A stretch of DNA of 22,491 nucleotides from Myxococcota bacterium (GTDB lineage: Bacteria > Myxococcota > JACRCW01). A program made the position numbers and the translations under genes. Positions 1-8,503 of this stretch are shown here, piece after piece (the first letter of the stretch is position 1; the number at the start of each line of letters is the position of its first letter). Under the pieces are notes generated by a model. The model was not told the DNA's origin. It did not search any database and saw nothing but the letters and a program-made list of their open reading frames with translations. Location of the stretch: contig JBFMGU010000175.1 in assembly GCA_040752415.1 (NCBI GenBank), forward strand, positions 1 through 22,491, in the 5' to 3' direction.

Positions 1-197
1 GCACCTTTGGGAGTGCGGTCTGAAATACCGCTTTGGCTCGGGCTGTCCGGGCTCACCGGAGCTCCTCCACATATGTGCAAGAACTTCTGGCCAGGTACTT
101 AGCCCCTACGGCTGCGGCGTCGGCTCAAGCCCTGGATACCGCCGGCGTGACTGCTCCCGGGACATTGCCGTGACGACGTCAAGTGGCCAGGAAGTAT

Positions 198-333
198 TAC
201 AGCGGTTCCCGTTCGGGTTGACCGTGGTTCCGTCGGGGGGAACGCACCGGCGGCTCAAGCCGCGTCTGGAAAGGCACCAAGCCTTGCCTCGCATCCCGCC
301 TGCCTCATTAGGCCGCGCAAGGCTCCGCGTTGG
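198..333. repeat. Left arm of 136-bp inverted repeat
   Basis: Reverse complement of 420-555. The ORF track shows the same peptide (MRGKAWCLSRRGLSRRCVPP) on opposite strands. Confidence 0.97.
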
Positions 334-419
334 TGGCGTGGGGGAACGTGTTTCGCAGCATCCAAGTTTGTGACGAGGCCGCCGAAACGTCCCATTCTCA
401 AGCCACGCACCCTATGTCG

Positions 420-555
420 CCAACGCAGAGCCTTGCGCGGCCCAATGAGGCAGGCGGGATGCGAGGCAAGGCTTGGTGCCTTTCCAGACGCGGCTTGAGC
501 CGCCGGTGCGTTCCCCCCGAAGGAACCACGGTCAACCCGAACGGGAACCGCTGTA
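420..555. repeat. Right arm of 136-bp inverted repeat
   Basis: Reverse complement of 198-333. Confidence 0.97.
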
Positions 556-621
556 GGTGTTCGCCGTCCGCGCCGAAATGGGCCGGTTGTTCCTCACGGG
601 GCCATGGAGCTGGCGCGCCCG

Positions 622-1023
622 CTACCTGCTGATCTCGAAGAGCTGCTTGAGCTTCTCCAGGTCCCGTTTCACCGCTTGAGCGTCGGCGGCGTACTCCTCT
701 TCCGTCATCCCCGGCCGACGACGCAGCGTGAAGACCACGTCGCAACCGGCGCCGTTGGGAATCACGCGCATGGGGTTGTTCACCGTCTCCCCCGAGGGAA
801 GCGTGACGTCGTGATCCAGCACCCCGTACGCGTTCCGGGCCACGAAACGCACCTTCACCTCACCCATGGGTGACGCCGCCACCCACTCCTCCCCGTTCTT
901 CCGGATGGAAGCCCCCAAGCCCGCGGCCCACCGGGGCAGGTTCGCCGGGTTGGAGGCGAAGTCGTAGACCTCCGCGGCCGGACACTGGATCGAAACGCTG
1001 ATGTGCTGCGTGGGATACGTCAT
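622..1023 (-). CDS. SRPBCC (START/polyketide cyclase-like) family protein, 133 aa
   Basis: MTYPTQHISVSIQCPAAEVYDFASNPANLPRWA start and DLEKLKQLFE C-terminal helix are typical of SRPBCC proteins. ATG at 1023 preferred over the Arg-rich upstream extension. Confidence 0.88.
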   Translation of the reverse strand: MTYPTQHISVSIQCPAAEVYDFASNPANLPRWAAGLGASIRKNGEEWVAASPMGEVKVRFVARNAYGVLDHDVTLPSGETVNNPMRVIPNGAGCDVVFTLRRRPGMTEEEYAADAQAVKRDLEKLKQLFEISR

Positions 1024-1138
1024 GGCCGTCCCTGGGGATGGTGTTCCGCGACGACGACGGGAAGCAGCACGTCTACGGGCCAAGCCCAGCCGACGCAACC
1101 GCGATCCCGTCAGCGGACCACACCAGGGTGGATGCCAC

Positions 1139-1840
1139 TCACATCAGCAGGCCGATGATCAGGCCATACAGCAGGTGCTCGGCGTAGAAGAACGCCACGC
1201 CCTGGGCGCCCATGCCGGCCATGTACATCCCCGGTGCGGGCATCTGCTCGGGGATGCGTGGGTTCAGCGCGGGAACCAGACCCAGCACCGGCCCCGCCAG
1301 CGTGGCGTGCAGCAGCGCCATGGCCGCTCCGGCGAAGATGCCGCTGCCCGGCGGCTTGGGGAACAGCGCCACGGGCAGATAGGCCATGGCCAGCGTCCCG
1401 GAGATGAGCAGGTGCATGCCCAGCCCGGTCAGGAACGCGCCCGGCCCCGGCGGCAGGCCCACCATCGTCCCCAGCATCTGTTCGGGTTGGACGTTGAGTC
1501 CCGCACCACGCGCCATGGCCCCCAACGCGGACATGGCCAGGCCACCCAGCACGCCCACGAAGAACAGCTTGGTCACGGTAGCGGCCAGCACCGTCACGCC
1601 ACCGGCGGCCACGCTGGCCTGCATGACGCCCAGCGGCCCCTGCAGCGGTCGCGCGCCCTCTTCCGTCGGGGCGGTGGCGCGCGGCTCGGTGGCGTCGGTC
1701 TGCCACGAGGTCAACTGCGCCTCGGGCCAGGCCAGCTCACCCACGGACGCATCCTGCGACGGCGTCTCCGCCCTCACCACGCCCGGAGCCAACAACACCA
1801 CCGCGCCTGCCAGCAGCATTCGGGTCAACACGGCTTTCAT
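1139..1840 (-). CDS. Integral membrane protein of unknown function with signal peptide, 233 aa
   Basis: GGAGGAG RBS before ATG 1840. Signal-like MKAVLTRMLLAGAVVLLAPGVVRA, a polar spacer, then about 4-5 Gly/Met-rich hydrophobic segments with His residues (MHLLISG, LLHAT, EHLLYG). Confidence 0.8.
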   Translation of the reverse strand: MKAVLTRMLLAGAVVLLAPGVVRAETPSQDASVGELAWPEAQLTSWQTDATEPRATAPTEEGARPLQGPLGVMQASVAAGGVTVLAATVTKLFFVGVLGGLAMSALGAMARGAGLNVQPEQMLGTMVGLPPGPGAFLTGLGMHLLISGTLAMAYLPVALFPKPPGSGIFAGAAMALLHATLAGPVLGLVPALNPRIPEQMPAPGMYMAGMGAQGVAFFYAEHLLYGLIIGLLM

Positions 1841-2054
1841 GATGTCTCCTCCCAACGGCACACGGCCCACTCAGGTGCGCTCGGTTGCTCCTTGGGGGTA
1901 ACCGTGACGTCGTCGCGCGTCAGCCCGCAGCGTCGGGAGCGTGGTGTCCGCGCCAGCGTCCGCGGGTGCATTCCACGACGTGGCGCATCCCTCATGGGCA
2001 ACCCCGGGCTGGCGCGGGCCCCTCCCGTGCTATGGATCCCACGCCGTGACCACC

Positions 2055-4022
2055 ATGCCCTCCTCCGTCCAAGCCCCCAGCCCGCGCGCCGCGGAGCTGG
2101 AGAAGCAGGTCCGTCACCACAACCATCTCTACTGGGACCTCAACGCCCCGGAGATCTCCGACCTGGAGTTCGACGCGCTGGTGCGCGAGCTGCAACGCGT
2201 CTGGCCGGAGGCGCCGGTGCTGCAGGAGCTGGGACCGCAGGAGCATCCGCAGCCGGCCCTCCCCGTCGGTGCGTCCGAGGTGGAGCGCCTGGGCACGGAA
2301 GTGCTCCACGTGGTCCCCATGCTCAGCCTGGACAAGGCGTACACCGACGCCGAGCTCAAGAAGTGGAGCGACAAGATCCAGGGCAACCTGGTGATCATGG
2401 CCAAGGTGGACGGCGTGGCCTGCAGCATCCACTACAACGAGCACGGTGAGCTGCGGATGGCCGCCACGCGCGGCGACGGGTGGCGGGGTGACGACGTCAC
2501 CGCGAACGTGCGCGCCTCCCGCTTCGTGCCCGAGCGCGTGACCCTCAAGAACGTGGAGGTGCGCGGCGAGATGTACATGAAGCGCAGCCGCTTCAGGAGC
2601 GCGTATGCGCAACAGTTCGCCAACCCGCGCAACCTCACCGCCGGCGCCATCAAGCAGAAGGATCCCAAGAAGGCCGCGGCCTACGGGCTGAGCTTCTTCG
2701 CGTACGACCTGCTCGGCACCAACCTGGCGCTGGAGGGCGACAAGCTGAAGCGCCTGTCCGAGCTGGGCTTTGACGTCATCCCGCACGAGACGGTGGAAGC
2801 GGAGGAGGCACCCGGCGCCTACCTGCGCATGGCGGCGCAGCGCGCGGGCTGGGACTTCGAGAGTGACGGCGTGGTGTTCCGTGCCAACCGCGTCAGTGAG
2901 CAGACCCGCGTGGGCGTCACCGCGCACCATCCCAAGTACGCGCTGGCCTACAAGTTCCAGGGAGAGAGCGCCACCGCCGCGCTTTCCGACGTCACCTGGA
3001 GCGTCTCGCGCAACGGCACGCTCACCCCGGTGGCGGTCATCGAGCCCACCGCCATCAGCGGCGTCACCGTCACGCGCGCCTCGCTGCACCACGCCGGCTA
3101 CATCGGCAAGCTGGGGATCCGGAAGGGGTCCAAGCTGCTGGTGATGCGTCGCGGCGACGTCATTCCCCACGTGGAAGGCGTGGTGGAGCCGGGCCATGAT
3201 CCCTACGAGATTCCCGCCACCTGTCCCTCCTGCGGCTCCCCCACCGTGCTGCGCGGTGACTTCCTCTTCTGCACCCAGCCCGCGCACTGCACCGACGCCA
3301 TCGTGGGCACGCTCAAGCACTTCACGCAGACGTTGGACATCCAGGGCCTGGGTCCCAAGGTGCTGCGCACACTCGTCGACAACAAGCTGGTCACCACCCC
3401 GGCGGACTTCTACCGCCTCAAGAAGGACCAGCTGCTGCCGCTGGAGCGCATGGGGGAGACGCTGGCCGCCAAGCTGGTGGCCAACATCGACGCCAAGCGC
3501 AGGCTCACCGTCGAGGAGTTCCTCACCGCGCTGGGCATTGACGAGCTGGGCCCCTCGGTGGCGGAGAACCTGGTGCACCACTTCCACACGCTGCAGCGCA
3601 TCCAGGGCGCCACCGTGGAGGAGCTCTCCTCGGTGCACGGCGTGGGCGAGGCCATTGCGCGCAGCGTGAGCGAGGGATTGAAGGCCAAGGCCACCCTCGT
3701 CGAGGAGCTGCTCAAGGAGGTCACCCTCGTCGAGGAGCGGCCCGCGGCCAAGACGGACCATCCGCTCAGCGGCAAGACCTTCGTCTTCACCGGCACACTC
3801 AAGCAGATGGAGCGCAAGGAGGCGCAGAAGCGCGTGCAGGCGCTGGGCGCCAAGACTCCCAGCGGCGTCACCAAGGAGCTGGATTACCTGGTGGTGGGGA
3901 CGGAGAAGGACGGCGGGGAGAGCAGCAAGCTCAAGAGCGCACGCAAGCTCATCTCCCAGGGCGCCGCGCTCAAGGTCCTCACCGAGGAGGAATTCCTGGC
4001 GCTGCTCGAGGGGCGCGCGTGA
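2055..4022 (+). CDS. ligA: NAD-dependent DNA ligase LigA
   Basis: Domain Ia (HNHLYW..PEISDLEFD), PMLSLDK, motif I KVDG, ATRGDG, EVRGE, FANPRN, DGVV, AYKF, OB fold (RRGDVIP), C4 zinc finger (CPSC..C..C), HhH motifs and BRCT (GKTFVFTG). Start is ATG 2055 or GTG 2046. Confidence 0.97.
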   Translation: MPSSVQAPSPRAAELEKQVRHHNHLYWDLNAPEISDLEFDALVRELQRVWPEAPVLQELGPQEHPQPALPVGASEVERLGTEVLHVVPMLSLDKAYTDAELKKWSDKIQGNLVIMAKVDGVACSIHYNEHGELRMAATRGDGWRGDDVTANVRASRFVPERVTLKNVEVRGEMYMKRSRFRSAYAQQFANPRNLTAGAIKQKDPKKAAAYGLSFFAYDLLGTNLALEGDKLKRLSELGFDVIPHETVEAEEAPGAYLRMAAQRAGWDFESDGVVFRANRVSEQTRVGVTAHHPKYALAYKFQGESATAALSDVTWSVSRNGTLTPVAVIEPTAISGVTVTRASLHHAGYIGKLGIRKGSKLLVMRRGDVIPHVEGVVEPGHDPYEIPATCPSCGSPTVLRGDFLFCTQPAHCTDAIVGTLKHFTQTLDIQGLGPKVLRTLVDNKLVTTPADFYRLKKDQLLPLERMGETLAAKLVANIDAKRRLTVEEFLTALGIDELGPSVAENLVHHFHTLQRIQGATVEELSSVHGVGEAIARSVSEGLKAKATLVEELLKEVTLVEERPAAKTDHPLSGKTFVFTGTLKQMERKEAQKRVQALGAKTPSGVTKELDYLVVGTEKDGGESSKLKSARKLISQGAALKVLTEEEFLALLEGRA

Positions 4023-6445
4023 TTGGTGCGGTCGCGGCGCTGGTGGTCTGCGGCACCGCGCTCGCTTCCGTCGACGGAGGAAGCCCCGACGCGGCCGACG
4101 CCGGCGTGGTTCCCTCCTCTGCCTGGCTCCAGGGTCCCTCCGCCACGCGTGAGCCCCTGCCCTCCGACCCGCCGCTCGCTCCCGACCGTCGCATCCTGGA
4201 GGCCGCGCGGGAGGACGCCGGCACGCCGCTGCCCCGTCCCATCCGCTCGCCCTTCGACCCGTGGCTCGGCGCGTTGGAGCAGCCGGATGCGGGCTCGCCG
4301 TACGTCGTGGTGTCGCCGTTTGGCGAGGGCGACGGCGGCGTGGCGCCGGAGTGGCTCCCCGACGCGGTGGCCTCCCGCCTCCCGCGCCTGACCCCGCCGC
4401 CCCTCACGGTGGCCCTCCCGCGCGCACAGGGCGAGGAGGTGACCGATCCGATGGTGAATGCCGCGACGGGGACGCCCAACCTGCGCTCGCAATCCGGCCG
4501 CGCGCTCGACGTGGTGGACCAGCAGGACCTGGCGCGCAGCGGCGTGCGGACCACCCCGGAGGCGTTGGAGCTGGTGCCCGGCGTGTTCGTGGCGCGCCCG
4601 TATTACGGCGGCCCCACGGCGACAGTGCACGGACTGGGCGGCAACCAGGTGCTCGTCACCGTCGACGGGGTGCGCATGAGCCACGCGCTCTCCCGTCCGG
4701 GATACGGCTCCCTCCTGGCCACGGTGGATCCCTACGCAGTGGAGCGCCTGGAGGTGCTGCGCGGTGCCGCAGCGACGTTGCACGGCCATGAAGCGGTGGG
4801 CGGCGTGGTGGCCGTGCAGGAGCGCGAGCCGGAGCGAAGCGAGGACCTGGTGGTCCACACCGACGGGAGCGGCTTCTTCCGCACGCAGGACCAGGGGCGC
4901 GGGGTGCGGCTCTACGCCGAGGGCGGGCTGGGTCCCTTCGCGGCCAGCCTGGGCGGTGACCTGCGCGATTTCCAGGATGTGCTGGGCGGTCGCACGACGG
5001 GAAACCAGAAATACACCGGCTACCAGGACCTGCAGCTGCAGGCGCGCACGCGGCTCAGCCTGTGGAACCAGGAGCTCACCGTGGCCTACGACGCCGCGCG
5101 CCTGGTCAACGTCCCGCTCACCTACCTCTGTCCCTACACCCGCCCGCGCGACGCTGCCGACTGTCGCTACCTGGAGGAGCAATACCGCGACCTGGCCTAC
5201 GCGGGACTGAAGCTGCGGCCCGGTGTCGTCGTGGAAACGGTGGACGCCAAGCTGTCCTACCAGCAGTACCGCGAGACGCTGACCCGCACACGCTGGGACA
5301 TCGTGCAGCAGACGCGCAACAAGGACCTGGTGCGCACCTTCGGCGGATACGTGCGCGCGCACACCTTCACGCTGACGCTGGGGCCCATCTGGGTGCGCGC
5401 CCTCGTCGGCGGTGAGCTGTACCACGACGTGGTGGAGAGCCAGTTCTACCGCCGCGCGCTGTGGGGCGGCACCGCGGATACCGACACGCAGGGCCACCCC
5501 GATCCCACGCTGGCCACCGTGCCCAACGGCTCACGCTACACGCAGGCGGGCACCTACGGGCTCCTGGAATTCACGTTCTTCGAGCGCGTGGGCGTGCGCG
5601 CGGGTGGGCGCGGCAGTGTGTATGCGGCGCAGGTGGAGCGTCGTGACGAGGTCACCGCAGGATTCAACCGCATCTGGTGGACGCCCTCCGCGTTCTTCCA
5701 GGGCCTGCTGCTGTTGTGGCCCTACGCCACCGCGTCGGCGGGCGTGTTCCATGGCTACCGCGCGCCCAACCTCTACGACGTGGCCGGCCGCGCCTTCACG
5801 GACCTGGGCTTCGAATACTCCGACCCCGCGCAGGTGCGCCCGGTTCAGTCGCTCTCGTTCGAAGCGGACCTCAAGGCCACCCTGTGGCGCTTCGACCTCT
5901 CCGCCAACGTCTACGCCATGCGCCTGCTGGACGCCGTGCGCCAACGCCCCAGCCAGTTCCAGGGCGCGGACACGCTCCACGACGAGCCGGTGTTCCGTCG
6001 GATTCCGGGCGGCGACGCGCTGGTGCTGGGCGCGGAAGGCGCGCTGGAGGCCCGGCTGGTGAGCGCGCTGCGCGTGGGCGGATTCTTCAGCTACACGCTG
6101 GCGGAGACGGCGCTGCGTCGGGAACCGTTGCCGCGCTCACCGCCGCCCAACGGCGCCATCCGCGTGGGCTGGTTGCCGCCGCTGGGTTTCTACGCGCTGG
6201 CGCTGTGTCGCTTCGCCCTCCCCGCGCGACGGCTCGGCTACGAGGACAAGGTGAGCGCGCTCTACGAGCCCAACGGCACGGAGCAGTCGTTCAACTTCAT
6301 GATGGGCGGCGGGTACCAGTTCACGTCGCGGAGCGCGCTGGACCTCTTCGTGGAGAACATCACCAACGAGGATTACCGGATGCACGGCAGCGGCATGCTC
6401 ATGCCCGGCGCCGGCGCCCGCGTTCAATTGCGTCTGGGTTTCTGA
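4019..6445 (+). CDS. TonB-dependent outer-membrane receptor, 808 aa
   Basis: Plug motifs (PEALELVPGV, VLVTVDGV, VERLEVLRG..LHG..AVGGVV), GYRAPN, and C-terminal ENITNEDY...LRLGF ending in Phe. GTG start overlaps the ligA stop (GTGA). Confidence 0.93.
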   Translation: MIGAVAALVVCGTALASVDGGSPDAADAGVVPSSAWLQGPSATREPLPSDPPLAPDRRILEAAREDAGTPLPRPIRSPFDPWLGALEQPDAGSPYVVVSPFGEGDGGVAPEWLPDAVASRLPRLTPPPLTVALPRAQGEEVTDPMVNAATGTPNLRSQSGRALDVVDQQDLARSGVRTTPEALELVPGVFVARPYYGGPTATVHGLGGNQVLVTVDGVRMSHALSRPGYGSLLATVDPYAVERLEVLRGAAATLHGHEAVGGVVAVQEREPERSEDLVVHTDGSGFFRTQDQGRGVRLYAEGGLGPFAASLGGDLRDFQDVLGGRTTGNQKYTGYQDLQLQARTRLSLWNQELTVAYDAARLVNVPLTYLCPYTRPRDAADCRYLEEQYRDLAYAGLKLRPGVVVETVDAKLSYQQYRETLTRTRWDIVQQTRNKDLVRTFGGYVRAHTFTLTLGPIWVRALVGGELYHDVVESQFYRRALWGGTADTDTQGHPDPTLATVPNGSRYTQAGTYGLLEFTFFERVGVRAGGRGSVYAAQVERRDEVTAGFNRIWWTPSAFFQGLLLLWPYATASAGVFHGYRAPNLYDVAGRAFTDLGFEYSDPAQVRPVQSLSFEADLKATLWRFDLSANVYAMRLLDAVRQRPSQFQGADTLHDEPVFRRIPGGDALVLGAEGALEARLVSALRVGGFFSYTLAETALRREPLPRSPPPNGAIRVGWLPPLGFYALALCRFALPARRLGYEDKVSALYEPNGTEQSFNFMMGGGYQFTSRSALDLFVENITNEDYRMHGSGMLMPGAGARVQLRLGF

Positions 6446-6897
6446 GCCGCCAGCTCCCGCACCAGGCACCACAACGCGTCCCATCCCATCAGCGCGGTCA
6501 GGCACCAGGCCAGCGTCGCGGGGAACCGCAGCTCCACGTCGGCGGGCGTGCCGCGTTCGATCAGGCGTTGCACCTGCACGGTGGCGAGAGCAGCGTCGAG
6601 CAGCGCAATGAGCTGGATGGCCACCCGTGTCACCCGGTGCGTTGCCAAACCCGCCACGTGCGCGCACGCCAACGACGCCAGCAACAACATCCCCAGCAGC
6701 ACCACGCCCTCCAGTCCCTCCGCCGTCAGCACCTGGTGCCCGCGCAGCGCCTCCTGCGGCTGGACCGGCTCACACCCCGGCGTCACCGCCCATGGCAAGG
6801 GAAGCAGCAACACCAGGAGCGCCGTGCACGCGCTGCGTCGCGCCAGGGAGGAGCGCGCGCGGGACCGTCGGGAAACGTCGTTGTTGGGTTCCGCCAT
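6424..6897 (-). CDS. Hypothetical membrane protein, 157 aa
   Basis: About four hydrophobic segments. Fills the gap between the receptor and the MBOAT gene, and overlaps the receptor 3' end by 22 bp. No family recognised. Confidence 0.6.
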   Translation of the reverse strand: MAEPNNDVSRRSRARSSLARRSACTALLVLLLPLPWAVTPGCEPVQPQEALRGHQVLTAEGLEGVVLLGMLLLASLACAHVAGLATHRVTRVAIQLIALLDAALATVQVQRLIERGTPADVELRFPATLAWCLTALMGWDALWCLVRELAAQKPRRN

Positions 6898-7047
6898 GCG
6901 TCCCCCGTCGGAAAGGCCTGGCAAGGCTCTAGCGGCGCGCGCACCGCCGCGCCATCCGCGCGCACCACGTTGTCATCGTCACCGGAGTCTCGTCGCGAAG
7001 GTGCGCGGCGTCCCACTCCGAGAGATTCCTCCGCTAGACTCCGCTTC

Positions 7048-7953
7048 ATGCACGAGCTCCTGGCCTGGCATCCCGCTTTCTCCGTGCTTGCCATCCTCGC
7101 CGTGGGTGTGGTGGCGGCGGTGGTGGTGGGCCCGTCCCCGTGGCGCCGCCGCGCGGCCGCGCTGCTGACGTTGGCGGCACTTCCCTGGCCCTTCCTGGCG
7201 CCGGCCCCGGTGGCGTTGCGCGCGGCGTTGGCCTTCATGGCGGCGTGGAACTTCATGCGCGTGGTGGAGGTGGGAGCGCGCGGCGCCGCCCTGCCGGCGT
7301 GGCGACGGGTGGCGCACGTGTTGATGCTGTTCGACACCCTGGCAACGGTGCGCGCTCCGCGACGCGTGGACGTGGGCACGCTGGTGTCCGCGCTGCTGTG
7401 GACGGGCGTGGCCGCCGGCGGATTGTGGGCCGCGCTGCACTTGGACCCCCATGCCAGCGGGTACCTGCCGGCGCGGTGGGGGTTGGGCGCGTTGGCCTTC
7501 TACGCGGGTTTTGAGTCCATGGTGGGTTTCACGGTGGCAACACTGCGACTGCTGGGGCTGGAACCGCCGGTGTTGCATGACCGTCCCATCCTCTCCACGA
7601 GCATCCGCGAATTCTGGGGCCTGCGTTGGAACCGCGTGGTGCACGGCTGGCTCAAGGCGTTCTGTTTTGAGCCGGTGCGCAGCCGCCTGGGGACGGGCGC
7701 GGGCGTGCTGGCCACGTTTGCCTTCAGCGCGCTGCACCATGCCTACCTAGTATGGCCGGCCCAGGGCGTGGAGATGGCGCTGTGCATGGCGGCGTTCTTC
7801 GCGGTGCAGCCGGTGCTGCTGCTCGTCGAGCGGGGCGCGGGAACGCGGGACTGGCCCGTCCCCCTGGCCCGGGTCTTTACGGTGGCCTTCATTGCCGCTT
7901 CGTCCCCGCTTATCGTGGAGCCGGTGCTGCGGGTGCTGGAATCCGCGGCGTGA
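7048..7953 (+). CDS. Membrane-bound O-acyltransferase (MBOAT, wax-synthase-like), 301 aa
   Basis: Real gene is the 3' part of ORF 5677-7953. Multi-TM protein with PILSTSIREFWGLRWN and ATFAFSALHHAY (catalytic His region), typical of MBOAT proteins. Confidence 0.9.
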   Translation: MHELLAWHPAFSVLAILAVGVVAAVVVGPSPWRRRAAALLTLAALPWPFLAPAPVALRAALAFMAAWNFMRVVEVGARGAALPAWRRVAHVLMLFDTLATVRAPRRVDVGTLVSALLWTGVAAGGLWAALHLDPHASGYLPARWGLGALAFYAGFESMVGFTVATLRLLGLEPPVLHDRPILSTSIREFWGLRWNRVVHGWLKAFCFEPVRSRLGTGAGVLATFAFSALHHAYLVWPAQGVEMALCMAAFFAVQPVLLLVERGAGTRDWPVPLARVFTVAFIAASSPLIVEPVLRVLESAA

Positions 7954-8035
7954 CGTCCCGTGCGGGCCGCGCTAGCTTTCCGTCGCGGAACCTCCTGTTC
8001 GCGGACAAACCCCTTGCTGACGACAAGGAGGCGGC

Positions 8036-8503
8036 ATGGCACATCATCCGGTGACGCATTTCGAGATCCAGGGTCCCGATCCCACGGCCTTGACCGCGTT
8101 CTATTCCGGCGTGTTTGGCTGGAAGCTGAGCGAGATGCCGGGCGGCGGCGCCATGGTGGCACCCACACGGCCAGGCATTGGCGGTGACATTGGCGCCTCC
8201 CCCAACGGCACGGCGCACCTGACGTTCTACGTCGAGACCAGCGACATCCGCGAGACGTTGTCACGGATTGAGCAGAGCGGCGGGCGCAAGCTCCTGGAGC
8301 CCGTGCAGCTTCCGGGAAACTTGGGCGTGATTGCGCAGTTCGAGGATCCGGCGGGCAACGTGGTGGGCCTGTTCCAGCCGCCGCCGGGCCGCGCGGTGAG
8401 CGGCGCCACGACGGAGAAGGCGCGCAAACGGAAGGTGGCCCGGAAGCCGGCCCGGAAGACCGCGCGGAAGAGCGTGCCGAAACGCAGGCTCAAGCGTCGC
8501 TAA
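8036..8503 (+). CDS. VOC/glyoxalase family protein with Lys/Arg-rich C-terminal tail
   Basis: AAGGAGG RBS. VTHFEI, FYSGVFGW, TFYVET and FEDPAGNVVGL are VOC motifs. Tail KARKRKVARKPARKTARKSVPKRRLKRR. Confidence 0.93.
   Translation: MAHHPVTHFEIQGPDPTALTAFYSGVFGWKLSEMPGGGAMVAPTRPGIGGDIGASPNGTAHLTFYVETSDIRETLSRIEQSGGRKLLEPVQLPGNLGVIAQFEDPAGNVVGLFQPPPGRAVSGATTEKARKRKVARKPARKTARKSVPKRRLKRR

Larger units (their letters stand above)
198..555. mobile_element. Putative non-autonomous MITE / fold-back element with long terminal inverted repeats
   Basis: 198-333 is the reverse complement of 420-555 with three mismatches by manual comparison (232, 310, 326). The spacer is 86 bp. Ends read TA-CAGCGGTTCCCG...CGGGAACCGCTG-TA, consistent with a TA target duplication as in IS630/Tc1-mariner elements. 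No transposase inside. Confidence 0.65.

Noticed and set aside
198..555. CRISPR array or retron ncRNA
   Set aside because: One inverted pair only, no direct repeat-spacer units, and no cas or reverse transcriptase gene in the window.
106..745. Short ORFs 106-294, 170-373, 330-632 and 398-745 with shared peptides
   Set aside because: They are translations of the inverted repeat and show no protein-like features.
1001..5497. Long ORFs 1001-2449 (+), 1992-3761 (-) and 3884-5497 (-)
   Set aside because: Shadow frames of better-supported genes, as expected in GC-rich DNA.
5677..7047. N-terminal 457 aa of the 758-aa ORF (apparent fusion to MBOAT)
   Set aside because: Arg/Pro/Ala-rich off-frame overlap with the receptor. 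MBOAT character begins at ATG 7048.
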